From an uncultured Candidatus Poseidoniales archaeon (lineage in GTDB: Archaea; Thermoplasmatota; Poseidoniia; Poseidoniales; Thalassarchaeaceae), in NCBI GenBank assembly GCA_964003245.1, contig CAXFIU010000003.1, positions 1 to 56,636 of the forward strand: 56,636 nucleotides of DNA. The letters run 5' to 3'. The translations under genes were made by a program, and so were the position numbers. The notes under the pieces were generated by a model. That model was not told the origin of the DNA, ran no database searches, and saw only the letters and a list, made by a program, of their open reading frames with translations. Shown piece after piece: positions 1 through 8,278 of this stretch; position 1 is the stretch's first letter, and the number at the start of each line of letters is the position of its first letter.

Positions 1-3000
1 CTTGATTAGTTATTACTAAATTTGTAGTCACTAGGTCTCCATTTAATACAGGACGATCTGATGAAAGTCCTAATGGTCCTAAAGATAAGCCATCTTCCGA
101 AAATATTTCAGTAGTAAAATCACGGTTTTCGAAAACCTCAACCGTTGCTGAGTCAATAGAAAATAAACTTGGATCATTTACTGATTGTGTAGTGCAACTA
201 ACTCCTTCAACAGTCCCTGAAGCTGGAGAACCCAATACCTCATTAGGAATTCGAACTTTAATTGGAACCGGTAGGAATTGTAATCTAGAAAGTGGTTCGA
301 GATTTAGAACTGAGGTCCCACTATCTCCTACTCTGATTATCCAATGATTATCGGTCTCACAAGAAATTGTGTATTGAGTAGGGCCATTTCCAGTATTTAG
401 GATTGAGAGAGAAAATTGAGCAAATTGACCAGGGATTGCCCCTAAATCATCAGCACCTGCCACTACAGTAACTAAACCTTCAACCCTCTCTACAACGGTC
501 TTAAGTTGCATCGAATGATACACAGTAGGTGCGTTCTTATCCCATAAAGTGACTTGCGATACGAAATGACCAGGGAGTGCGTATATATCATTAGAAACAT
601 CGGCATCAACATCAGAAAATTCTAAACTGATAATTACACTATCTCCATCTTGACCCGATGGAGATAAAGTCCATGGCCCTGACTCATTGAATAATTTCCA
701 CCACTCATCTATTGGAGCTAATAGAAGCCCACCTACATCAGATAATTGGACTGGTGAAGCAGAGATTTCTACAGTAACTTCAGATGTTCCTTCGTTCTTT
801 AGTTCTAAATCAAAAGTAACTGCACTTGATTCACTAGGGTCTAGATAACGAACCTTGGATTGATCTAATTCGGAAGGAGTAGATGGATAACTACCATCAG
901 GCAATAAAGGAGTTAGTCGAACCCCTACCTGAGAAACATAAACATCAATTTGTACTTTGTTATTATCTAATCCAGATATTTCATCATTCAATTCTACAAC
1001 TTCTGAGTTAGAATCTAATGTTAACATTATTGTGTGTAGTCCAGTTGTGGAGAAAACGTGCGGATATGAAAGAGAGGCCAATGAACCGCCAGGAAGTGAA
1101 GTTTTGGATTGTTCAAGAATTATTGTGTTTTCAGTAATATCTTCAATCAAAACAGAATAGCTTCCAGTAGGACCAGCAGCTTGATTTTTCCACTGAGCCT
1201 CGATCAAAAATGTATCTCCCTGTAAAGGACTTCCTACAGACGTAGATAGTGAGTTAGTAAAAACTGTGAGATCGGGAAATATAGATTCACTAATTTGGCC
1301 AGACATTACTATTGCATAATCTTGTAAATTGCCACCAGCATGCCCTACTTCAACTGACCAAGTTCCAATTTCAGGAGTATCTACTCTAAACCTCTCCACA
1401 TTATTTAGAGAGTCTCCTACTCCACCTGTTACGCTATTACCATTAACGAAATTATTTCCATAGTATACTATTCCACTTGGAGAGGTGATTTTTAAATCTA
1501 AATCATTTAGCAACTTAGGAGATGATTGGTTAGCTACTGCAGAACCCTCTGGGTCATTCCAAACAAGTGTTATATCAAATCTAGAGTTGTCATTCGATTG
1601 AATTGTATATACGAAAGAATGTCCCGGTTTCAATTCCCTAGAATCATCATATAATTGTTCTAGTTGAATGCCAGAATCTTCAGGAAATAGACTATTTGAG
1701 ATATTTATTTGACCCCAACCTTCGAAAGCATTAGGAATATCTGGAGATCCTAAATCATCTGCTCCATTAATCAGAATGGACCTAATTAAGTCAGACCTTG
1801 GTTCTACTATACCTTCATTCACCCTGAGATATTGTCTAGCCATTGTAGTAGCACCTGCGGCTACTGCAGTTGACATTGAAGAACCGTTTAGAGTCATATA
1901 GAGTGGAATATCTGTATCTATATGTTCAGATGATGAACAACTATCACCCTCTACAAATTGTGCTTCTTCTGCTCGTGCAGAACATATCATCACACCTGGA
2001 GCAACTAAATCTGGTTTTATTCTACCATCTAAAGTCGTCCCTTTCGATGATGTTGAATAAACCTCGCCAGCAGGTTGACTACCAAATGATCCAGTAGTGG
2101 ATGTACCAATAGTTAGAACATTCTTCGCAGTCCCAGGTGGAGTAATGCTCTGATAACCATTCATCCCCAGATCTCCAGCCGAAAATAACGCTAGGAAACT
2201 AGGCTCATCAACTAAATATGAGTCAGCGGAACGTGAATCTGAACTATACTCGCCTACAAGATTAATATTACCCCAACTATTAGTTTGAATGCGCGCACTC
2301 TGTTGGTATGAATGTGCAAACATTTCGTAGAGAGAACCCCATCGGGCTAAAATTCCTGAACTATCTGCTTCTAATTGATAGAAATGAAATGTTGCAGCGG
2401 GAACGATTCCTGTGGAGTTTGAATCTCCTGAACCATCACCTAATATCGTAGAAGTCACATGGGTTCCATGGCCACTGTTCCTATCCTGATATGAATTATC
2501 AGGGCCAAATAAATCATATATCGCTCTAACTCTACCATTAAAGTCACCATGATCAGCATCAATTCCAGTATCTGAAATTGCTAAAATCTCTCCACTACCA
2601 TTCAGATTGAAATTGGACATTGCTGACGCAATATTGCTGCCTATTAGTTGGCTAGCATTACTATTATGAATAGAAATGGTTGAAGATTCATGAATACTAA
2701 GTATTCTTCCATCCATGGCTAAAACAGGCAACCATGAGGAATCTATTCCTTTAACTTGACATAAATGAATATCGCAAACATTCCTTGATATCGAACTATC
2801 TGAAATACGATTCATATCTGATTCAAGTTCAGATAACTCACTAGTTTTCAAGTCAGAAGTAATTGTTAGATCTAAATCAAGCAATAAACCGCCTCTTCCA
2901 GAAAAATCAACTAAATTTGGAGATACTCGCCAAGCAATTGGTAGACCTTCAATCCACCTTACAGAAGAGGATTTTTCTAATTCGGATTTAGAATTCATGA

Positions 3001-3421
3001 TATCTTCAACTGGAATCCTAATAATCAAGGCAGAATCTGGAAGATAATCTATTATGGAATATCCTTTCGAATCTAGTAAATTAATTAATTCAGACATATC
3101 AACACTATTAGATTGTATTATTGCCAATCCAGTACGTGAAAGTGCTGATGAATCATACAAACTCTCTGGGCCGAGAGGCATTGGATCAACTAAAGGATCA
3201 AAATTACCGAATGGAGAATGGATTATTCCTGTGAAACGGTTTAATTCATAATTAGATTCGGAAACGACTGATAATTTACTCCATTTACTAATTTCAGATG
3301 GTTCTTGTAAATCCGAAATTTCAGTAGATTCTGTAGTCTCACTGAGGGCAGAAACTGCACCAGACCATGATGAAAGAATTAGAATCAAGAGAATAGGGAA
3401 AATCGATTTCACAGCAGTCAT
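1..3421 (-). CDS. Secreted subtilisin-like serine peptidase (S8 family) with P-domain-like segment and C-terminal beta-sandwich array; 3' end runs off the window (at least 1140 codons)
   Basis: Absent from the ORF track because there is no stop inside the window. The reverse-complement frame from ATG at 3421..3419 stays open to position 2. The N-terminus MTAVKSIFPILLILILSSWSGAVSA looks like a signal peptide. Catalytic motifs all lie in this frame: ILAISDTGIDADHGDF (Asp codon 2572..2570), NSGHGTHVTSTIL (His near 2470), LNGSSMSTAVAAG (Ser near 1880). These are followed by LNDLDLKITSPSG...NNVERF, typical of S8 C-terminal P-like domains. Confidence 0.85.
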   Translation of the reverse strand, partial: MTAVKSIFPILLILILSSWSGAVSALSETTESTEISDLQEPSEISKWSKLSVVSESNYELNRFTGIIHSPFGNFDPLVDPMPLGPESLYDSSALSRTGLAIIQSNSVDMSELINLLDSKGYSIIDYLPDSALIIRIPVEDIMNSKSELEKSSSVRWIEGLPIAWRVSPNLVDFSGRGGLLLDLDLTITSDLKTSELSELESDMNRISDSSISRNVCDIHLCQVKGIDSSWLPVLAMDGRILSIHESSTISIHNSNASQLIGSNIASAMSNFNLNGSGEILAISDTGIDADHGDFNGRVRAIYDLFGPDNSYQDRNSGHGTHVTSTILGDGSGDSNSTGIVPAATFHFYQLEADSSGILARWGSLYEMFAHSYQQSARIQTNSWGNINLVGEYSSDSRSADSYLVDEPSFLALFSAGDLGMNGYQSITPPGTAKNVLTIGTSTTGSFGSQPAGEVYSTSSKGTTLDGRIKPDLVAPGVMICSARAEEAQFVEGDSCSSSEHIDTDIPLYMTLNGSSMSTAVAAGATTMARQYLRVNEGIVEPRSDLIRSILINGADDLGSPDIPNAFEGWGQINISNSLFPEDSGIQLEQLYDDSRELKPGHSFVYTIQSNDNSRFDITLVWNDPEGSAVANQSSPKLLNDLDLKITSPSGIVYYGNNFVNGNSVTGGVGDSLNNVERFRVDTPEIGTWSVEVGHAGGNLQDYAIVMSGQISESIFPDLTVFTNSLSTSVGSPLQGDTFLIEAQWKNQAAGPTGSYSVLIEDITENTIILEQSKTSLPGGSLASLSYPHVFSTTGLHTIMLTLDSNSEVVELNDEISGLDNNKVQIDVYVSQVGVRLTPLLPDGSYPSTPSELDQSKVRYLDPSESSAVTFDLELKNEGTSEVTVEISASPVQLSDVGGLLLAPIDEWWKLFNESGPWTLSPSGQDGDSVIISLEFSDVDADVSNDIYALPGHFVSQVTLWDKNAPTVYHSMQLKTVVERVEGLVTVVAGADDLGAIPGQFAQFSLSILNTGNGPTQYTISCETDNHWIIRVGDSGTSVLNLEPLSRLQFLPVPIKVRIPNEVLGSPASGTVEGVSCTTQSVNDPSLFSIDSATVEVFENRDFTTEIFSEDGLSLGPLGLSSDRPVLNGDLVTTNLVITNQ

Positions 3422-3490
3422 AGCAAGCCTGCGACACATTAAGCCCTTTTGACCGTTAACGTTTGATGAATCGAAAATAAGTCGAAGATT

Positions 3491-4531
3491 CTAGATACCA
3501 TAGTATTCAGATATTGCTAAATCAGTTTTTGCAACGCTAACTTTCCAATCTTCTTCAGTTCCCATTAAAGCTCTTACACAATCTACATTTTCGGGAATTA
3601 CATCACTTTCTTGATGTATGGCTTGAAAGTAATACAACCTATTGCCAACTAACTTCACACCATCTTCCCAGACAAAAATTTCGTGTAAATCACCCCATTT
3701 CCTACCTATATCTCTAGCCATTTCCATTACTTCTGCGGTAGTCGGAATTCGGTCATCTTTACCATTCATAATAATCACACGAGGGGTTTCTCGCCACATC
3801 TCAATAATCGAATCTGTATTCAGACCATGGCCCTCAGGTAGATCAGCGATAATCGAATGAACATGCATTAAAGTTGTAGGGACAGCGACTGCTAGAGAAT
3901 TTATATCAATTTCTGGCTTAACTGTCATAACATCGGGGCCATGATGACTTGGTACTTTCAGAACTGGTTTAATTGCATTAATTGGCCCCTTATCAGAATC
4001 ACCTGGGTCGGCTGCTCTTCTAATCATTGTACACTCAACTTTGAGAGAACCACAATGATCATACAATGGAACCAAAGTTCTTGAAAGACCTGTGGTATTA
4101 CATGAAACAACACGTGTACCCTGAGCATTGAGATTTTCCAAATGATTAGCGCAAGAGGTATATGATAAACCAGTAAGAGAATGTTTTTCACCACCTTGAA
4201 ACATATATTTCACACCTGCTGATCGATATTTCTCTAGATTGGCCGCCCCCATTTTACCTGGTGCACAATCAATAACAACGTCCGCAATCGATAATAAATC
4301 TGTTAATCCACCTTCACAAGTATATCCTTGCTCGGAAAATGAATCTATTTTTTCTCTATCATCAAAAGTACAATATAAAGGAAATCCGCGTTTTTTGGCC
4401 AGTCCACAGCCAAAGGAAGGGCCAGTTTTGGTGACTCCTATGACTTCCATATCATCTTGTGCATCTATAGCATCAGCTACTCTCTTACCTATTGTACCAA
4501 AACCATTTATTGCGACTTTAATTGTATCCAT
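3491..4531 (-). CDS. gap: Glyceraldehyde-3-phosphate dehydrogenase, archaeal type II
   Basis: 346 aa. VAINGFGTIGKRVADAI Rossmann N-terminus, catalytic VVSCNTTGL, SHHGPDV, VPTTLMHVH and QESDVIPENVDCVRA all match archaeal GAPDH. Confidence 0.95.
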   Translation of the reverse strand: MDTIKVAINGFGTIGKRVADAIDAQDDMEVIGVTKTGPSFGCGLAKKRGFPLYCTFDDREKIDSFSEQGYTCEGGLTDLLSIADVVIDCAPGKMGAANLEKYRSAGVKYMFQGGEKHSLTGLSYTSCANHLENLNAQGTRVVSCNTTGLSRTLVPLYDHCGSLKVECTMIRRAADPGDSDKGPINAIKPVLKVPSHHGPDVMTVKPEIDINSLAVAVPTTLMHVHSIIADLPEGHGLNTDSIIEMWRETPRVIIMNGKDDRIPTTAEVMEMARDIGRKWGDLHEIFVWEDGVKLVGNRLYYFQAIHQESDVIPENVDCVRALMGTEEDWKVSVAKTDLAISEYYGI

Positions 4532-4688
4532 AATATCACTAACTACCCTTTGACAATATCATGCCCGAGTAGAAACTCTATCAATATACCCTTTTTTAAC
4601 TACAAACTTAATTTAATTTTTAATACTTTAATTGCCCTTCAAGCCGTCAGAATCAAGACTAAATACACCCTCAGAGTCATGATAGTCT

Positions 4689-6227
4689 ATGCGCGAGGTC
4701 ACGGATAAGAGCGTTAAATTAAATCGTGACCTTGAAAAAATGCTTGTAGAAGCATTGGAACGTGACCTATTAGTCCGAATAGGATGGGGAAGAAATGGTG
4801 ATGAAAAGCCAAAAGAAGGAGAAATAGGTGTAATAACTCATCTTCCAAAGAAATCTAGAGTTTTGCTCCTAGGTAACTTAGGAGAATGCTGTGGAGCCAT
4901 GAATAGAGGAGGGAATCTAACTATTCAAGGAGGATGCTCTTCAATGGCTGGTGCTTTCCAAGAAGATGGAAGATTAATTATCGAAAAGGATGCGGGGGAT
5001 AGAATCGGTTCCAATATGAGAGGAGGGATGATTAACGTCCAAGGATCGGTATCTAATTTTGCAGGCGAATCTATGGGAGAAGGGACGATTCTAGTCCGCG
5101 GGCATGCTGGAGAAAGAGTGGGTGCAGGAATGTCAGGAGGGACAATAATTGTTTTAGGTTCAGTCGGAAAAGAACCAGGAATAGGTATGATTGGAGGGAA
5201 AATAATTGTCGCAGGGAATTGCCCACCCGCAGGAGAGGGTGCAGAAATAAGAGAAATTAAATCAAAAGAAATCTCAGAAGTTTCTGAACATTTAGAACCT
5301 TTAGGTTTGTCAATAAATAAAGATGCTTTAGTAATTATACCTTCAGAAAAAGACATCAATATTTTTGAGCATCCGGAAATTAGTATTATGGAAGGTTTAG
5401 AAAAAATATTACTAGTACCATCTGGAAAAAATAAACAGTCACTATATGAAAAATTAGATTGCAGAACATTACTAAAAAAAATGGATGAGGATGAGGGAGT
5501 TGTTTTCCCAATTCCTTGGCTCGTTGAAAGGAAAAAAATTGTAGATTCTAATAGTTTGATGACTTCTAAACAACCATTTTTAGTGAGGGAATCTCCAAGA
5601 GAAATCGATTTACTAGATATTGATCAGGATAATATAGTTCAAATCTCAGATTATCTAAATGCATGTTCAGGAATAGTTCTAAATTTAGAATCTCTTCCTA
5701 AAATGAACGATGCCGAAATAGAAGCATTAATTGTTTCCTTAAGAAGTAAAATGAATAATAAATCTCTTGTGATGTTAAGGGACAGAGTAGATAGGGTAGA
5801 GAATTTACTTAGGATGATTATTGATTTGAATTTAGATGGAGCAATTATCAACGCTGCAACCCCTGGAGGAAGTAGAGCAGCAGCAGCATTGCCTAGAATT
5901 GGTTTAGCATCAAGAGCAATGAATATCAAAGAACAAGGGAAATATTTGTTAATTAAATTAGATGAAAGCCCTAGTGCAGAGGATTTCATCATAGCTAAAG
6001 GTGCAGGGTGTTCATTAATTGTTGCTCCGAATAATGACGAAAAAATAGAAGAAAATCTTGTTTGGCTGAAATCAACCATAAATGGTTGGATGGCCGATTT
6101 AGGTGTTCAAAATTTAGAGGAAATTACTCGAAGAAATTTAAGGGCAATAGATTATGATACTGCTGCTATTTCAGGTCTGAGATTAATAGGATACGACCGC
6201 CCTCTTCCAATGTGGCTTGGAAACTAG
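4689..6227 (+). CDS. GXGXG-repeat (glutamate synthase domain 3 / FwdC-like) protein fused to a degenerate FMN-domain-like C-terminal half
   Basis: Residues about 60-190 are classic GXGXG beta-helix repeats (GNLGECCGAMNRGGNLTIQG, GSNMRGGMINVQG, GAGMSGGTIIVLG, GIGMIGGKIIVAG). The C-terminal DGAIINAATPGGSRAAAALPRIGLAS...IIAKGAGCSLIV resembles the GltS FMN-domain segment, with the GGTGA-type motif altered. Confidence 0.6.
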   Translation: MREVTDKSVKLNRDLEKMLVEALERDLLVRIGWGRNGDEKPKEGEIGVITHLPKKSRVLLLGNLGECCGAMNRGGNLTIQGGCSSMAGAFQEDGRLIIEKDAGDRIGSNMRGGMINVQGSVSNFAGESMGEGTILVRGHAGERVGAGMSGGTIIVLGSVGKEPGIGMIGGKIIVAGNCPPAGEGAEIREIKSKEISEVSEHLEPLGLSINKDALVIIPSEKDINIFEHPEISIMEGLEKILLVPSGKNKQSLYEKLDCRTLLKKMDEDEGVVFPIPWLVERKKIVDSNSLMTSKQPFLVRESPREIDLLDIDQDNIVQISDYLNACSGIVLNLESLPKMNDAEIEALIVSLRSKMNNKSLVMLRDRVDRVENLLRMIIDLNLDGAIINAATPGGSRAAAALPRIGLASRAMNIKEQGKYLLIKLDESPSAEDFIIAKGAGCSLIVAPNNDEKIEENLVWLKSTINGWMADLGVQNLEEITRRNLRAIDYDTAAISGLRLIGYDRPLPMWLGN

Positions 6228-6235
6228 GTGAGACT

Positions 6236-7990
6236 ATGCCGACATTGAAATTTAATCACAGCATATTAGAATATCTTCATGGAATAAAAAATCTAAAATA
6301 TGATTCAACAGATTGGGAAAAAAGAATGCCATCAATAGGTTGCGTAGTAGAAGAAAATGATAGTGAAGGAATTGAAATAGAAATTTTTCCAGATAGAACA
6401 GACTTACTCAGCCATGAAACAATTTCTAGAGCAGCAAGAGCTTTTCTAAACTCTGTTAGCGACTCTCCCGAGCTGGAAATAAAACAAGGAGAAATAAATG
6501 TGGATGTTGATCAAACCCTTGAAGAAATACGTCCAGTAATTTTGGGAGCTGTTGTCAGAGGAGTAGATAATGGGACAAGCCTCAAAGAAAAAGATGAATT
6601 TATTCAGTCATTGATGGACCATCAAGAAAAGTTACATTTAACTTTAGGTAGGAAGAGAAAATTTGCTTCAATTGGAGTTCATGATTTGTCCCAATTAAGT
6701 CCTCCATTCAAAGTGATTTCTGTTGACAAAAAATACAAATTTACTCCATTGGCTGAAGAAAAAGAAATGAGTATTGAAGATATATTAGAATTACATCCTA
6801 AAGGTAAGGAATATGCTCATCTCATGGCAGATATGGACAATTATCCCGTAATAATAGACTCTGGAAATAAAGTTCTTTCATTCCCCCCAATAATCAATGG
6901 AGACCATACTACTGTAAATGAGCAGACTAGAGATTTTTTCATTGACGTGACAGGTTGGGATGAAAGATCTTGTGAAGCTTGTTTACTATTGATATGTTTA
7001 TCACTCGCAGAAAGAGGAGGAGAAATCGAATCAATCCAGATAAATAATTGGAATCAAGAATCATTAACTGTCCCAAGAGGCGATTCGAAAAATCATAAAG
7101 TTCCAGATAGATTGATTAGAAATATTCTTGGTATCGAATTAAGCAAAACAGAAATTGCTAATTCAATTAGAAAAATGGGAGGAGAGTTAGTGGATACTAG
7201 AACTGTAACCGATGGCCCTGATAAAATTGAGAAATGGGCAGATTGTATTGTCGGTGAAAAGGAGCATATTATTTCGATGCCAAGATGGAGAAATGATATT
7301 ATGCACCCTGTGGATATAGTAGAAGATATTGCAATAGGATATGGTTATGACAACCTACCAGACCAGTTATCTACCGTACACCTAGATGCAATTCCTCTAC
7401 CTTCATCTAATCTACATAGAAGAATAAGTTCAAGTCTTTGCTCATTAGGATTACAAGAAACTCAAAGTTTAACATTATCAAATAAACGTGACCAATTTGA
7501 AAGAGTAAGATGGAATGAAGAAAATAAAAGTACAATAATTTCGAATCCTATAACTAACGAACATACAATGTTAAGGCAACATATTTTACCTTCATTGCTA
7601 AATCTTTTAGCAGCAAATAGACATCATGAACTACCTCAAAGAGTACATGAGTTAGGAGAAGTAGTTAGAGATTCAGAAAATAAAACCCGTCTTTCATGGG
7701 CTTGTGCTGAAGTGGGAGGAGGATTTTCTGCCGCTAAGGGCATTGCTAGTGCACTGCTTAGAGACTTAGGAGCAGACCTCTCAGAGATAAAATGGGAAGA
7801 AATTAATCATGGAGAGGGCCCTTGGATAAAAGGCAGAGGTGCTAAAGTAATAATTAATGGAATTGAAGTTGGACAAATAGGAGAAATTGATCCAATGGTG
7901 TCATTCGATTTTGGCTTAAAAGTTCCAATTCAAGCTGGCGAATTTGATGTAGATGCTCTAGGCAGGACAATACCTGACCCTATACTTTAA
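6236..7990 (+). CDS. pheT: Phenylalanine--tRNA ligase beta subunit (archaeal type)
   Basis: The ORF opens at GTG 6212, overlapping the upstream gene. ATG 6236 (MPTLKFN...) follows a GGTGAG Shine-Dalgarno-like element at 6227..6232. Length and overall layout fit archaeal PheT (call by overall resemblance, not by a specific motif). Confidence 0.9.
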   Translation: MPTLKFNHSILEYLHGIKNLKYDSTDWEKRMPSIGCVVEENDSEGIEIEIFPDRTDLLSHETISRAARAFLNSVSDSPELEIKQGEINVDVDQTLEEIRPVILGAVVRGVDNGTSLKEKDEFIQSLMDHQEKLHLTLGRKRKFASIGVHDLSQLSPPFKVISVDKKYKFTPLAEEKEMSIEDILELHPKGKEYAHLMADMDNYPVIIDSGNKVLSFPPIINGDHTTVNEQTRDFFIDVTGWDERSCEACLLLICLSLAERGGEIESIQINNWNQESLTVPRGDSKNHKVPDRLIRNILGIELSKTEIANSIRKMGGELVDTRTVTDGPDKIEKWADCIVGEKEHIISMPRWRNDIMHPVDIVEDIAIGYGYDNLPDQLSTVHLDAIPLPSSNLHRRISSSLCSLGLQETQSLTLSNKRDQFERVRWNEENKSTIISNPITNEHTMLRQHILPSLLNLLAANRHHELPQRVHELGEVVRDSENKTRLSWACAEVGGGFSAAKGIASALLRDLGADLSEIKWEEINHGEGPWIKGRGAKVIINGIEVGQIGEIDPMVSFDFGLKVPIQAGEFDVDALGRTIPDPIL

Positions 7991-7997
7991 TTTACAT

Positions 7998-8186
7998 TTA
8001 TTCACTATCGTCTGAGAGTAAGGCCATAGCGTCAATAAAAGTTTTATTTGTAAGGTGGGAACGATCGTTTTCTTCCTTTTTATCGCTCCTAACTTCCCTT
8101 TCATATTCAACTACTATGTTATCTTCAACTTTTGAAGATTTTTTGCTCCCAGAAGATTTCTTTCTGAACGGCCATATCGGTGCCAT
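7998..8186 (-). CDS. Small charged hypothetical protein (62 aa)
   Basis: ATG-initiated ORF filling the gap between pheT and the next divergent gene. Lys/Glu-rich with no recognisable motif. Could be non-coding. Confidence 0.25.
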   Translation of the reverse strand: MAPIWPFRKKSSGSKKSSKVEDNIVVEYEREVRSDKKEENDRSHLTNKTFIDAMALLSDDSE

Positions 8187-8278
8187 ATACTGGCAGCAGC
8201 GACTAAGGACTTCAACACTTCTCTATTTTCTGAACAAAACAGGGAGATAATCAAAGAGTAGAACACTCAGGATGTGAC

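Noticed and set aside
4925-6079. 144-aa and 142-aa minus-strand ORFs opposite the GXGXG gene
   Set aside because: The Pro-rich products are the antisense image of the Gly-rich GXGXG repeats (GGN versus NCC). The sense frame has the recognisable domain.
4689-6227. Calling this ORF a functional glutamate synthase
   Set aside because: It lacks the amidotransferase domain, the domain order is reversed, the FMN-type motif looks degenerate, and no small subunit is adjacent. Only a 'GXGXG domain protein' call is justified.
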